DNA of 59,651 bases from Caulobacteraceae bacterium. Lineage in GTDB: Bacteria > Pseudomonadota > Alphaproteobacteria > Caulobacterales > Caulobacteraceae. A program made the position numbers and the translations under genes. A model generated the notes under the pieces. It did no database searches. It was not told the DNA's origin and was given only the letters and a program-made list of their open reading frames with translations. Numbering within the stretch: the stretch's first letter is position 1; each line of letters begins with the position of its first letter. Positions 41,787 to 52,100 of the stretch are shown in pieces. The stretch spans positions 1 through 59,651 of the forward strand of contig DASXIE010000243.1 in assembly GCA_036498165.1 (NCBI GenBank), read 5' to 3'.

Positions 41787-43094
41787 ATGTCGGAAGTGAA
41801 GTTTGATCGAGACGCCGGGGGTCCCCAGCAAGGTCGCTTGCCGCGAGGGCCGCGCTCGGAAGAAGCCTTCTACCCGAACGTCCGGTCGGCTAAGGCCGGG
41901 TTCGACGAGTCCCTGGAAGTGCCGCCGCTGCCGGCCGCGGCGGCCGAACAGCCGCGCACTCTTTTGATTTCCTTCCTTATCTGCGTGGCGCTCCCGACCC
42001 TTCTCGTGGCGATCTATTACTTCTTCATCGCCAGCGCCCAGTATGAGACCCAATTCCGCTTTACAGTGCTTCAAGGCTCGCCGGCGGTGCCGGGAAACGC
42101 CGCGCCGGGCACGCCTCAAGCCAGCGGCGGCTCCAGCTCTACCAGCTCCATGGTCCAGGCCCTCGCCGGCATGACCGGTCAGGGAACCTCCATCGCCAGC
42201 GCCCAGAACTATGTGGTCGTGGATTACCTGCAGAGCAGCCAGGCCATCGCCGACCTCGAGAAGCGGCTCAATCTTCGCGCCATCTATTCGCGGCCGGGAA
42301 TCGACTTCCTCTCGCGCTTCAATCCGCGCAAGTCGGACGAGTATTTGGTCGATTATTGGAAGAATATGGTCTCGGCGAGCTACGATCCGATGACGGGCTT
42401 GGCCATTGTGACGGTGCGCGCTTTCAAGCCGCAGGACGCCAAGATGGTCGCCGATGGCCTGGTCAGCGGCTCGGAGAGCTTGGTCAACAACATCATCAAC
42501 AGGCCCAATCTCGACGCCGTGCATGCCGCCGAACAGCAGGTGGCGACTTCGCAGCAGCGGGTCAGGGACGTGCGCCAGCGGCTGGCGGCTTTCCGCAACT
42601 CCGCAGGGGTCATCGACCCGACCCAGAGCGCGGTGCCGGTCAACACCCAGCTCATCGAATCCCTACGGCCCAACGTCATCGAGCTTCAATCCCAACTGTC
42701 GGCTATGAAGGCTCAGGGCCTGGGCTCGTCGCCGGCCGCCGGCGTCATTGCTGCCCGCCTCGCCGCCGCGCGCCAGCAGTTGGCCGGGGTCAAGGGCGAG
42801 GTTGGCGGGGGCCGGCAGCCACTGACAAGTGTGGTCGGGCGCTATGAGAAGGTGAATTTCGACCTGCAGTTCGAGCAGAACCTGCTCGACAGCGCCCTGC
42901 AGACCCTGGCCCAGACCAGGGCCTATGCGCTCCAGCAGAAGATGTACATCCTACCGTATGAGCAGCCGGGGCTGCCCCAGGCCTCGCTCTATCCGCACCG
43001 CCTGCAATCCACGGTCCTGGCGGCCTTCCTGCTGTTCGGCCTGTGGTTGATCGGCTCGCTGGTCGTGAAGGCCATCCAACAGCACGTCGACTAG
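41787..43094 (+). CDS. kpsE: Capsule export inner-membrane adaptor (KpsE/PCP-3)
   Basis: PTLLVAIYYFFIASAQY, DYLQS, VRAFKPQDA, FRN...IDP, coiled coil and YPHR plus C-terminal TM. Confidence 0.85.
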   Translation: MSEVKFDRDAGGPQQGRLPRGPRSEEAFYPNVRSAKAGFDESLEVPPLPAAAAEQPRTLLISFLICVALPTLLVAIYYFFIASAQYETQFRFTVLQGSPAVPGNAAPGTPQASGGSSSTSSMVQALAGMTGQGTSIASAQNYVVVDYLQSSQAIADLEKRLNLRAIYSRPGIDFLSRFNPRKSDEYLVDYWKNMVSASYDPMTGLAIVTVRAFKPQDAKMVADGLVSGSESLVNNIINRPNLDAVHAAEQQVATSQQRVRDVRQRLAAFRNSAGVIDPTQSAVPVNTQLIESLRPNVIELQSQLSAMKAQGLGSSPAAGVIAARLAAARQQLAGVKGEVGGGRQPLTSVVGRYEKVNFDLQFEQNLLDSALQTLAQTRAYALQQKMYILPYEQPGLPQASLYPHRLQSTVLAAFLLFGLWLIGSLVVKAIQQHVD

Positions 43095-43125
43095 TCGCTG
43101 CAAAGACTCGAGCGCAGGGGAGTTC

Positions 43126-45177
43126 ATGACGCCGACGGCATGGCCGCAGGACGATACCGAGCTTAGCGAGTCTGAGCAGCCGGCCGCCAACGACCGCCAC
43201 GAATCCTCGTGGCGAATCCCCGTCCGCGGCTGGCGGCCGATGGCGGAGAACATCTTCGGCTACAACATGCCCGAGCGCTTCTCGGCCGAGGACATAATCC
43301 GGGACGTGCCGATGGACATTCTCCCGGTCCCGGGCGCCTTCATCTCCAGGCGGGAGATCGAGCGGCCTGAGAACGGCCAATGGGTGCAGCGCGGCGGAGT
43401 CTATGACGCCAAGGGCGTCCTGCTCCCCGAGTTCGATATGATCGCCGGTCTCTATCCTGATCGGATCGTCAATCCGCCGATCATTGAGGCCGAAAGGATT
43501 GCGGCGGCCGAGCGGATCCGGCGGCCGTGCATCTATCTCGGCACTCTCAACGGCCACTTCGGCCATTTCCTGGTCGAGTCCCTGGCCAGATCCTGGGCCT
43601 TGTCCCACATAGACCGCGGGGTGGGCGCGGTCTTCCACTTTGCAAATTTTGCCGGCGCGCCGGACATAGCCCAACTTCTGGGAACCTTTCCCGGCTATAT
43701 CACCACCACGCTCGATCTCCTGGGCCTCACCCCTTCGCGGATCGAGTTGGCCAATCGCGACCTGCGCTTCGACAACCTCTATGTGCCGACCGCGCAATTC
43801 TGGATCAATCACTTCGGCGGCCCGGGCCTCAGTGAGGTCTACGACGACATCCGCGAGGAGATCGTCCGCCGGACCGGTCTTCCGGTGGGTCCCTCACGCA
43901 AGCTCTACCTTACGCGCCGAAAACTAACCGATCCACAGCCGCACAAGATTCGCAAGAACATCGCCAACGAGGATGAAATCGAGGAACTGTTCCTTGCCCA
44001 GGGATTCGAGAGCGTCGCCCTCGAGCAGATGAGTTTCCCCGAACAGATCATGGTGATGGCGACGGCCTCCCATATCGCTGGGACCACAGGCTCTGCTCTT
44101 CACATGGCGATGTTCACCGCCCAGCCAGAGGCCGAGCTTATCGGGATCGACTGGCGAAATTCGCGGACCCAGTACATTCTCGATGCGGCGCGGGGCCTCA
44201 GGGCGCACCATATCTATTGCTTCAGGGGGCGCGATGATCGCGGCGCTCCGCTGGTCGACGCCGATACCGTCGCCGCCGCCTTGGCCGATGTCATGTCCCC
44301 ATCGGGCGCGCCGGGCGGCCCCAGGCAGGTCTACGCCACCGCTTTAGAGGCCCAGCTCGCCCGCCGAAGCCAATCGCTCGCCGACCGCAAGGCTCTGGCG
44401 GCGGATGTGAGCCTGATCGTCCCGGCGGCCCCGCCGCCGCCGAGCCTGTCGTCGGACGACGGCCTGGAGAAGTTGAAGCGCTATAGCGAAGTGCGCCCCG
44501 ACGGCAGCCGAATGGCGCGACAGACCCCGGCCATCTGGTTACTTCTCGACGCCATTCAGACTTCCCTGGGGATCGAGGGTGATATCCTCGATGTCGGGGC
44601 AGGCCTTGGGGCGACGGCTGTGCTGGGCGCCATGCTGCTCAAACCCGGCGAGTGCGCCGTGGCCATCGATCGCGCACAACACCCAAGCTTCAGTCGATCC
44701 CTCGAGGCGCTGCCGCCGGACGTCAAGGACCGGATCCGCTTCGATGCAGTCGGCCCGGACGATCTTGCCGCCGCCGCACTGCCGCCCAGCGGGTTTCGCC
44801 TAGCTCACATCGACGCCCATCTTCGGACGGATCGTCTCATGGCTCAGATCGAGGCGGCGGCGCCGGCGCTGCGGCCGGACGGCCTCCTGGTGTTCAACGA
44901 CTTCTTCGAGCCCAGCTCGCCGGACGTCACCACGGCCGTCTATGATCTCTTGAGAGGGGACGAGTGGCGGGTGGTGGCGATCGCCTTCAATAAGGCCTAT
45001 CTGGCCCGCGCCCAGAGCAAGCTGGTCTACGCCCAGGCGCTCGAGCGCGAAGCCAAAGTCTACTTGGCCGCCTTTGGCGCATTCGCGGTCAACCACGAAG
45101 TGATTCTGGCCGGCGATAAGGTGTGCGCCTTGAAGGGCAATCTTCGGGCCGCGCTTCTGGCCCATGAGGCCCGTTGA
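43126..45177 (+). CDS. GT61 (DUF563) glycosyltransferase fused to SAM methyltransferase domain
   Basis: HFGHFLVESL, LYLTRR, NEDEIE, EQMSFPEQI and GSALH, then GDILDVGAGLG, AHIDA and LRPDGLLVFNDFF. Confidence 0.8.
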   Translation: MTPTAWPQDDTELSESEQPAANDRHESSWRIPVRGWRPMAENIFGYNMPERFSAEDIIRDVPMDILPVPGAFISRREIERPENGQWVQRGGVYDAKGVLLPEFDMIAGLYPDRIVNPPIIEAERIAAAERIRRPCIYLGTLNGHFGHFLVESLARSWALSHIDRGVGAVFHFANFAGAPDIAQLLGTFPGYITTTLDLLGLTPSRIELANRDLRFDNLYVPTAQFWINHFGGPGLSEVYDDIREEIVRRTGLPVGPSRKLYLTRRKLTDPQPHKIRKNIANEDEIEELFLAQGFESVALEQMSFPEQIMVMATASHIAGTTGSALHMAMFTAQPEAELIGIDWRNSRTQYILDAARGLRAHHIYCFRGRDDRGAPLVDADTVAAALADVMSPSGAPGGPRQVYATALEAQLARRSQSLADRKALAADVSLIVPAAPPPPSLSSDDGLEKLKRYSEVRPDGSRMARQTPAIWLLLDAIQTSLGIEGDILDVGAGLGATAVLGAMLLKPGECAVAIDRAQHPSFSRSLEALPPDVKDRIRFDAVGPDDLAAAALPPSGFRLAHIDAHLRTDRLMAQIEAAAPALRPDGLLVFNDFFEPSSPDVTTAVYDLLRGDEWRVVAIAFNKAYLARAQSKLVYAQALEREAKVYLAAFGAFAVNHEVILAGDKVCALKGNLRAALLAHEAR

Positions 45178-45189
45178 AGCGCCCTGCGC

Positions 45190-45546
45190 TCAGGCTTCGC
45201 GCTGGAACTTCCTCATCCGTCGCACGGCTTCGACCACCGCTCCGAGAATGAAGGCCTTTTCTGTCTCGGTGGCCTCGGTCTCGAGGTGCTCCATGGCTTC
45301 GCGGAGAATGACCGGCAGGGCCAGGGCGTTCGAGCGTTTGCGCTGAATCTCCGCTTCCTTATAGCCGGCCACGACCCGCTCGACCTCGGCGCGCTCGTCG
45401 CCTTGGAGCTGTTCTTCCAGCGGCGCCTCGATTTCGAGGGTCATCTTCGACACCCGGCCCAAGGGGATGCGAGTGATCTTGCCTTCGTCGTCAGTCTCAA
45501 CTCTGAAAAAGCGAATAAACTTCGCGATATCAGAAAAGATCAGCAT
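45190..45546 (-). CDS. Small hypothetical cytoplasmic protein (118 aa)
   Basis: ATG at 45546 preceded by AGGGAG. Natural-looking charged helical sequence. Confidence 0.6.
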   Translation of the reverse strand: MLIFSDIAKFIRFFRVETDDEGKITRIPLGRVSKMTLEIEAPLEEQLQGDERAEVERVVAGYKEAEIQRKRSNALALPVILREAMEHLETEATETEKAFILGAVVEAVRRMRKFQREA

Positions 45547-45650
45547 ATTTGCTCCCTGGTGACTGTACGTCGAGGCCGCGAAACCCGCTCTTGGCGCACG
45601 ATCGCCCTCGCCGTTCTCATTGACGCGAGGCGTAGAGCTGTCGCTTTGTT

Positions 45651-47513
45651 TCATTCTACGAACGGGAGACTTAGACATTGGCCGAGCGCCGCAATGATTT
45701 TGGAGGTTTGCCCAATTTCATAAGCCCGTAGCACGTGGCGGCGGGGTCCCTCAAGGTCGCGCTTTCGCCATTTCGCGTCGCGGCCGAACAAATCCCGCCG
45801 GTAGGCAATCGCCGGCTTTTGTAGCACGGCGATCGTCAGGCCGCGGGCCTGGGCCTTGGCGAAGAACACCCAGTCAAAGGCTGCCACGTCGTCGTCGGCG
45901 AAACAGCCGATTTCGGCGAACCGGTCGCGGCGGATGGCGAAGTTGGCGTCGCCGAAGCCGTTGTAAAGCAGCCCGGCCCATCCGGCCTCACCCATGAAAA
46001 CCAGATCGGCCGCCGGAAGGCCCTGGCCTGGCGCGCCGTCGAACAGCGAGAGGGTGGAGACCACGATATCGATGCGGGGGTCCTCGAAGGCCGCGACCAG
46101 CCGGGCCAGGCCATCGTCGATGAAGAGGTTGTCGTCGTCGAGGAAGATGAGGATGTCGCCCCCGGCGTGCTCGGCGGCCAAGTTGCGGGCCCAGGGCTGG
46201 CGCGCCCCTGGACTGCCTTGGATGATGCGCACATCATCGCTTTCCAGGGCTCCCAGCGCATCCAGGGTCGCCGTTTCGCTGCCGGTGTCCACAACAATCG
46301 TGGTCAGGCCTGCGGTCCCGCCCCGACTGGCGAGCGCCGCGGCCAGCGCGTCCGGCCGGTCGCGATGGGTGATGCAAAGACTGGCCGAGCGGGTTTGGCG
46401 GGTCCGCACCACCGGGCTCGACCGACGCGCGGCGATCGCGGATTCAAAGACCTCCGGCCAGTCGGGAGTCTCGAAGGCCGGCGGCCTTTGGGCGACGACG
46501 CTGTCGAAATGATCGGCGAGATCGGCGAGGTCCGGATCGATGATGCTGGCGGCGCCGCTGACCCAGCTGGCCATGGGGTGGTGCGACGCCACCACGCTCG
46601 CCACGCCGGCGCTCAGGCAATCGGCGAGGATCACCTCGTCGTCGGCCGCGGCGCCTGGGAAGACCGCCAGGACGCCGGGACGGCGAAGATGGTCCAGCAC
46701 CTTGCCGGGGCGGGATTCGTCGACCTGGGTGAATGCGAATCGCCAGTCGCGGGCGCGCCGGCCGAGCATGGCCTTGCCGAGGCCCGCCGTCCCCTCGCGC
46801 CACGGGCCAAGGAAGGTCACCGTTCGGCCCGTCAGAACGCCCTCGTGGCCCAGCCGCTCGATCACGGTCAGGAAGGCGTCGGCGCCGTGGCGTCCGGAGG
46901 CTGGACCCACGCAGACGATTTCCTGGGTCCGGCCGCCTCTCGAGGCGGTGCGAGGCGATGGACGGAACGGGAAGGCGAGGCGGATCTCGCCGGGCCGATC
47001 CGCGCTCGCGTCGGGCCGCGCCGTGGCATCGGCGAGGCGCCGGGCGGCGCTCTCCATGGCTTCGGCGATCACCGCCTCGACCCCAACCGGCTCGATGTCG
47101 CCCAGTTCCATGCGCCGTGCGGCGCCCGCCTCGCCCCACAGGACCATGGCGGTATCGCCAAGACTCTCGCCCAGATCGCGGCTCATCAGGGCCGGCTGGA
47201 GGATACCGCCTCCTAGCGGGGCCAGGACGATGTCGGGCGGATTGGCTGCCAGCCGACGCCAGAGTTGGTGGCCGGCGCGCAGAGAGAGGCTGAGATGAGC
47301 CGCCGCCGGGCCGGCGAGGATTGGCGGGTCACTCCAGGCGAGGGTGGTAACACGAGCCGGGAGTTCGGTGGCCGCGCCGGGTAGGGCGAAGACTTCGACC
47401 TCAAATCCGCCCCCGGCCAGATCCTCGGCCACGCGGGCGAAACCGGCCGCGAGGTTGGCGGCTCGCCATTCGTCGGCGCCGACCGGCAGAACGAGCGCGG
47501 CCTTGGAGGTCAC
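45651..47513 (-). CDS. Glycosyltransferase: degenerate GT-B N-terminus plus GT2 C-terminus
   Basis: SLCITHRDR, VVDTGS, ARN, IFLDDDN and GDANF. GTGA overlap with the upstream gene. Confidence 0.75.
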   Translation of the reverse strand: MTSKAALVLPVGADEWRAANLAAGFARVAEDLAGGGFEVEVFALPGAATELPARVTTLAWSDPPILAGPAAAHLSLSLRAGHQLWRRLAANPPDIVLAPLGGGILQPALMSRDLGESLGDTAMVLWGEAGAARRMELGDIEPVGVEAVIAEAMESAARRLADATARPDASADRPGEIRLAFPFRPSPRTASRGGRTQEIVCVGPASGRHGADAFLTVIERLGHEGVLTGRTVTFLGPWREGTAGLGKAMLGRRARDWRFAFTQVDESRPGKVLDHLRRPGVLAVFPGAAADDEVILADCLSAGVASVVASHHPMASWVSGAASIIDPDLADLADHFDSVVAQRPPAFETPDWPEVFESAIAARRSSPVVRTRQTRSASLCITHRDRPDALAAALASRGGTAGLTTIVVDTGSETATLDALGALESDDVRIIQGSPGARQPWARNLAAEHAGGDILIFLDDDNLFIDDGLARLVAAFEDPRIDIVVSTLSLFDGAPGQGLPAADLVFMGEAGWAGLLYNGFGDANFAIRRDRFAEIGCFADDDVAAFDWVFFAKAQARGLTIAVLQKPAIAYRRDLFGRDAKWRKRDLEGPRRHVLRAYEIGQTSKIIAALGQCLSLPFVE

Positions 47514-48166
47514 AGGCTCCGAGCGCCGAGCCAGGCCAGGCGCCGGCCGCTGTCGGCGTCGACGATCTCCACTCCCCCTTCCAGCATCCGCAGCGGGGCC
47601 GGCAAGGCGAGGATGAATCCATGGAAGCCGTCGCCCGCCTCCCCGCGCCGCCGCCCTCGGTGCAAAGAGGCGGTGGTTGACGAGACGAAATCGTCGCCCC
47701 GGCGGGCGCGCAGCCTCAGGCGCCGCAGCGGTTCGTGGCGATCATGGACGTAGCCGGTGAGGCGGGGATCCCCCGGATTTGGCGGATCGAGCGACAGCAT
47801 CACCGACCCGGCGCGGAACGCGCGGCCTGAGCCCCGCGGCGCCGACCAGGGACTGCCGCTGAGGGCTCGCCCGCTGTCGCTCCACAGGCATTCGACGCCT
47901 CCCTCGGCGTCCGGCAGGACGGCGAGCGGAATCGAGAAGCCATGCCAGCCGTCGCAGGCGCCAGCGGCCTGAAGGTCGGCCCGGAACCGGTCGGCGAGAA
48001 TCGAACGCCGCGCTCCTGAGGCCGTGGCGAGGGTGACCTCGAGGGGGCGTCCGGGCCTCGCCGGATCGTAGGTCCAGCCGCAGATTCGATCATCGCGGAC
48101 GCCCTCGAACCAGCCAAGCCGGCCGTCGATGGGACGCTCGAGGTCGGACGCGCCGGAGGCGTACAT
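47510..48166 (-). CDS. Hypothetical protein made of two beta-rich repeats (GW..D ... A...R.D...GDG.HGF)
   Basis: Two internal copies of a motif that also occurs at the C-terminus of the 49115-52309 protein. Confidence 0.7.
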   Translation of the reverse strand: MYASGASDLERPIDGRLGWFEGVRDDRICGWTYDPARPGRPLEVTLATASGARRSILADRFRADLQAAGACDGWHGFSIPLAVLPDAEGGVECLWSDSGRALSGSPWSAPRGSGRAFRAGSVMLSLDPPNPGDPRLTGYVHDRHEPLRRLRLRARRGDDFVSSTTASLHRGRRRGEAGDGFHGFILALPAPLRMLEGGVEIVDADSGRRLAWLGARSL

Positions 48167-48176
48167 GCGGCCCTGG

Positions 48177-49106
48177 TCAGCCGCCGTTCGCCCGCTGCGC
48201 GAGGAACCAGGCCCAGGTCTCGGCGAGGCCGTCCTCGAGGGGGGTCGACGGGTCGAAACCGAGGTCCGTCCGGGCCCGGTCGATCTGACACCAGGTGTCG
48301 CGAACCTCGCCGGCGCGATGGGGCCGGTACTCCACTTCGATCTTGACGGGGGCGACCACTCTCTTCATCGCCACGATGAGGGCGTTGATCGTCAGGGGAC
48401 GGCCAGAGCCGAGCTGGATAGCGCCGGTCGCGTCGCCCTTGAGGCCGGCGGCAATTCCTTGGCACAGGTCCCCCACGAAAACGAAGTCGCGGGTCTGTTC
48501 GCCATCGCCATAGACGATGAGCGGGTTGCCCTTGAGGATTTCCTTGAAGAAGGCCGCGACCACGCTCCCCTTGTGGAAGGATTTTGGTCCGTACACGTTG
48601 GAAAATCTCAGCGACAGGGCCTTCCAGCCATAGCTTCCAGCGTAAGCTGAACAATAGCCTTCCATCATCAGCTTGGCGGCGCCGTAAGGCGACATCGGCC
48701 GGGCCACCATGTCCTCATGCACCGGCGGTGTCGCCTCGCCGATAATTGCCCCGCCCGTCGAGGCGTTGACCAGCCTTTCCACCCCTTCGGCGCGCATGGC
48801 CTCGAGGAGATTGAAACCGCCCAGGACATTGACCTGGAAATTGTATTGCGGGTCGGCGATCGAATCCATCACCCGGGTATCGGCGGCCAGATGCACGACC
48901 GCATCGACGCCCGCCACCGCGGCGGCCACGGCGGCCGCGTCGCGCATGTCGCCGTGGATGAACTCACCGTCGAAACCGTTCAGGTGAGCCCGCTTGCCCA
49001 GCGTCTCGTTGTCGAACACTCGAATTTCGATATCGGGATTGTCGGCGAGGCGGGAGACCAGGTTGGTGCCGATAAAGCCGCAACCGCCAGTGATCAGGAT
49101 CTTCAC
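48177..49106 (-). CDS. NDP-sugar epimerase/dehydratase (GalE-like extended SDR)
   Basis: GTG start, ITGGCGFIG, YGAAK, RFSNVYGP and GDGEQTRDF. Confidence 0.88.
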   Translation of the reverse strand: MKILITGGCGFIGTNLVSRLADNPDIEIRVFDNETLGKRAHLNGFDGEFIHGDMRDAAAVAAAVAGVDAVVHLAADTRVMDSIADPQYNFQVNVLGGFNLLEAMRAEGVERLVNASTGGAIIGEATPPVHEDMVARPMSPYGAAKLMMEGYCSAYAGSYGWKALSLRFSNVYGPKSFHKGSVVAAFFKEILKGNPLIVYGDGEQTRDFVFVGDLCQGIAAGLKGDATGAIQLGSGRPLTINALIVAMKRVVAPVKIEVEYRPHRAGEVRDTWCQIDRARTDLGFDPSTPLEDGLAETWAWFLAQRANGG

Positions 49107-49114
49107 CTTGCCGC

Positions 49115-52100
49115 CTATCTGGTGTTCTGCGGCCGATGGGTGAGACGCCGGCCTTCCGCCCATAGCGGCGAGCGGGCCAGCGGCAGGCCAATGTCGGCCA
49201 CCACCACGTCTACCCGGCGCCTGGTCCCATCGCGATAGGTCGGCGGCAGGGTGACGCCGAAACCGTATTCGCCGTCGCCATGGCCATGCTGGTGAACGTC
49301 CTCCCGGTAATGGTCGGCGCGCACCCTGGTCAGGAACCGCTGGTCGACAAAGATCGCCAGATCGAGACGATCCTCCATCGCCGGCTCGCGCCGGGCCCAG
49401 CCCTTGACGACCCCGTCGTCGCTGGCGTCGCAGAATCCCTGAATGCCCACCGAGGAGAGGTCGGCGCCGACCCCGGGCAGGGCGATGTCGCGGGTCAGAA
49501 CCAGACCCTCGGCGGTGCGCACGGTCAACTTCGCGGGCGACTTCGACCCCAGGACCGGCGACCACAACTTGCGGCCGGGAAGGCGATCCAGCCAAGCTGG
49601 CCGCACGGGAATGCGGAAGCCATGTCCCTCGACGCCGTCGGGGGTCTCCAAAGCCAGGGGCAGGTCAATGTTGGCCACGCTGGCGATCTCTTCTCCCAGA
49701 CCATCTCCAGACATGACCAGGCGGACATGCTTGGCCGGATCCTCAAGATCCAGCGCCCAGCCGTAGATCGAGCCGCCGTAGACGGCCAAAATCTGACCGA
49801 TTTGCGTGCCTTCCTGGACCACGTTGACGCCCAGGCGGCTGGCCGGAGGTCGCCGGACCCTCGGTGGCGAAGGCGCCCGCGGCGTGTTCTCGAAGGCATC
49901 TATAAGGGTCATCATCCCGGCCCCGCGATGGCCGTTTGGTTTGGGGCGCTGGCCGTTCACCGCCGTCCCCTTGGCTTTGGGCTGGGCCGGCGGCCGCGGG
50001 CCTTGGCTGAAGTTGTGCATCATCCGGCTCAGCGCCTGATCGACAGCGGCGTCGGCGTTCTCCTTGGGCTTGCCGACCCGGCCCATGCCGCCGGGCCTGA
50101 TCTGCAGCCCCTTGCTCAGGAGGAGCATGTCGCGGAGGCCGAGCGGCACGGCGGCGAGTTGCGGGCGGATCGCTCGAAAATGGCTCACCGGGATGTCGTA
50201 TCCCTTGGCGGACAGCCATTTTTCGTCCCACGCCGGAACATCACCGAGCTCCAGAAGGATGGTCTCGCAGCGACGCCCGGCCAGTTGCACCTTGGCGGCG
50301 AATTCATAGTCGCCACACAGCACCCGGTAGTCGGAGCTGAAGCCGCCCAGTTCGATGAAGGTCTGCCGGCGGACGAACAGCGGAAGGGCGGTGATGTCCT
50401 TTCGAAAGAAGGCGTCCGTGGAACTGCCCATCACCAGGGCCTTGAGGTAGGATGGTTTCTCCGATCCCGGCTCGACGACGCGGTAAAAGTAGTTGAGCAA
50501 CTCGGCGCCGCTGGATTGGGCGACGGTCTCCAGGGCTCGCAGGGCCGCCGGGCGCAAGGTCGCGCCCTCCCACAGCAGCAACAGGAAGTCGCCACTGGCT
50601 TGGCGGGCCATGGCGTTGAACGAGGCCCCGGCGTCGAGATCGAAGGTTTCAACAACACTCACCGGCATTTTGAGCTCGGCGGCCAGATCGCGCGCGTCCT
50701 GGGCCGAGGCGCCGTCATCGGTGTCGACGGCGACGAAGATCTCCTGGGGCGCGGCTTCCTGGGCGGCGATGCTCTCCAGGCTGGCCCGCAACGCCTCCTT
50801 GCGGCCGGCGTGATAGATGCAGACGCTCGCCGAGACGGCTTCCGCCGGCTTGGGCGCGACGCGCAGCTGGCTCAGCAATTCCTCGCGCAGGCCGCGGGCC
50901 AGGGACTGGTGAAACCCCCGCCAGGTCTCGAGATTCTCGTCGTTGTCGAAGCTCGGCCGCGGCACATAGCCGCCGCGCTCGATCGCCTCGCGGAGCTTGT
51001 CGCCCAGAGAGAGCGGATGGGGGTCGCACAGCACCTGGGTCCTGTCCATGGGCGCGACCAGCTCGGCATTGCCGCCCACCGCGGTGGCGACGCTGGGGAT
51101 GCCGCATATCGCCGCCTCGTATATCGCCATCGACGAGTTTTCGATCACTGAGGGCATCACCGCCAGGCGGGCTCCGCCGAGTAGGTATTGGATGGCGTCG
51201 TGCTGCTGGAATTCGGTAAGGATCTGAACCTCGGTGGGCCAGTCGCGAGTCTCGTCCTCGATGTATTCGATCACTGTCTGGGTCGGCCGGGCGGTGAGCT
51301 TGGCGCCAGGCTTGCCCATGAAACTGATACGCGGCGGTAGGGGCACGCCCTGGCGGATCAGACGCTTGATCGCCTGGCAGAAGATGAACAGCCCCTTGCG
51401 CGCCTCGAGACGGCCAAAAAACACCAACTCGTCGATGGGAATCCGCGTCCCGGGCGTGAGGCTGCGCTGGCTCATCAGATCCTGCAGCGCCTCGAACGTC
51501 GCCACGTTCGGCTGTACGAACGTGCGGGCGCGCGGAATGCGATAGCCCTGGCTGCTCATCCAGCGCAGCAGGTGCAGGCTGCCGCCGATCACCACATCGG
51601 CCAGTTCGACGCTCAGCCGTTCGGCGTGGACCTTGGCGAGGTCCTCCAGGCGTTCGAGCGGCTGGGAGCCGTAAAGTCGGTTCCACATCCACGGGGAGGA
51701 GGTCTTGATCACGAACAGAGTGTCGTTGAACGCCAGGCCCTGGCTCTTAGCCAACAGGCTAAGATAGGCCGAGCCGCGCCACTCCGACGCATGCACCACG
51801 TCCATCGGATGGTCGATCAGATAGCGCAGCATGTTGTAGGGAGCGCGAAGCCAACGATCGGCGTTGGTCCGGATATCATCGCGCACCGCGTAGTTGGGCA
51901 CGGGTGTGAAGGTGACGCCGCGATCGGCGTAGTAGCGGACCCACTGATCGATATCGCCGGTCTCGACGTCCTGGCCACGCAGATAGAGGATCGTGACCTC
52001 GTGGCCAATCTTAGCGAGCAGCTCGGAAAGCGCCGCGTAAGTCGTGCCAATGCCACCGTTGCGAACCGGTCCGACGATATCCTCGGTGGCGATGCAGATG

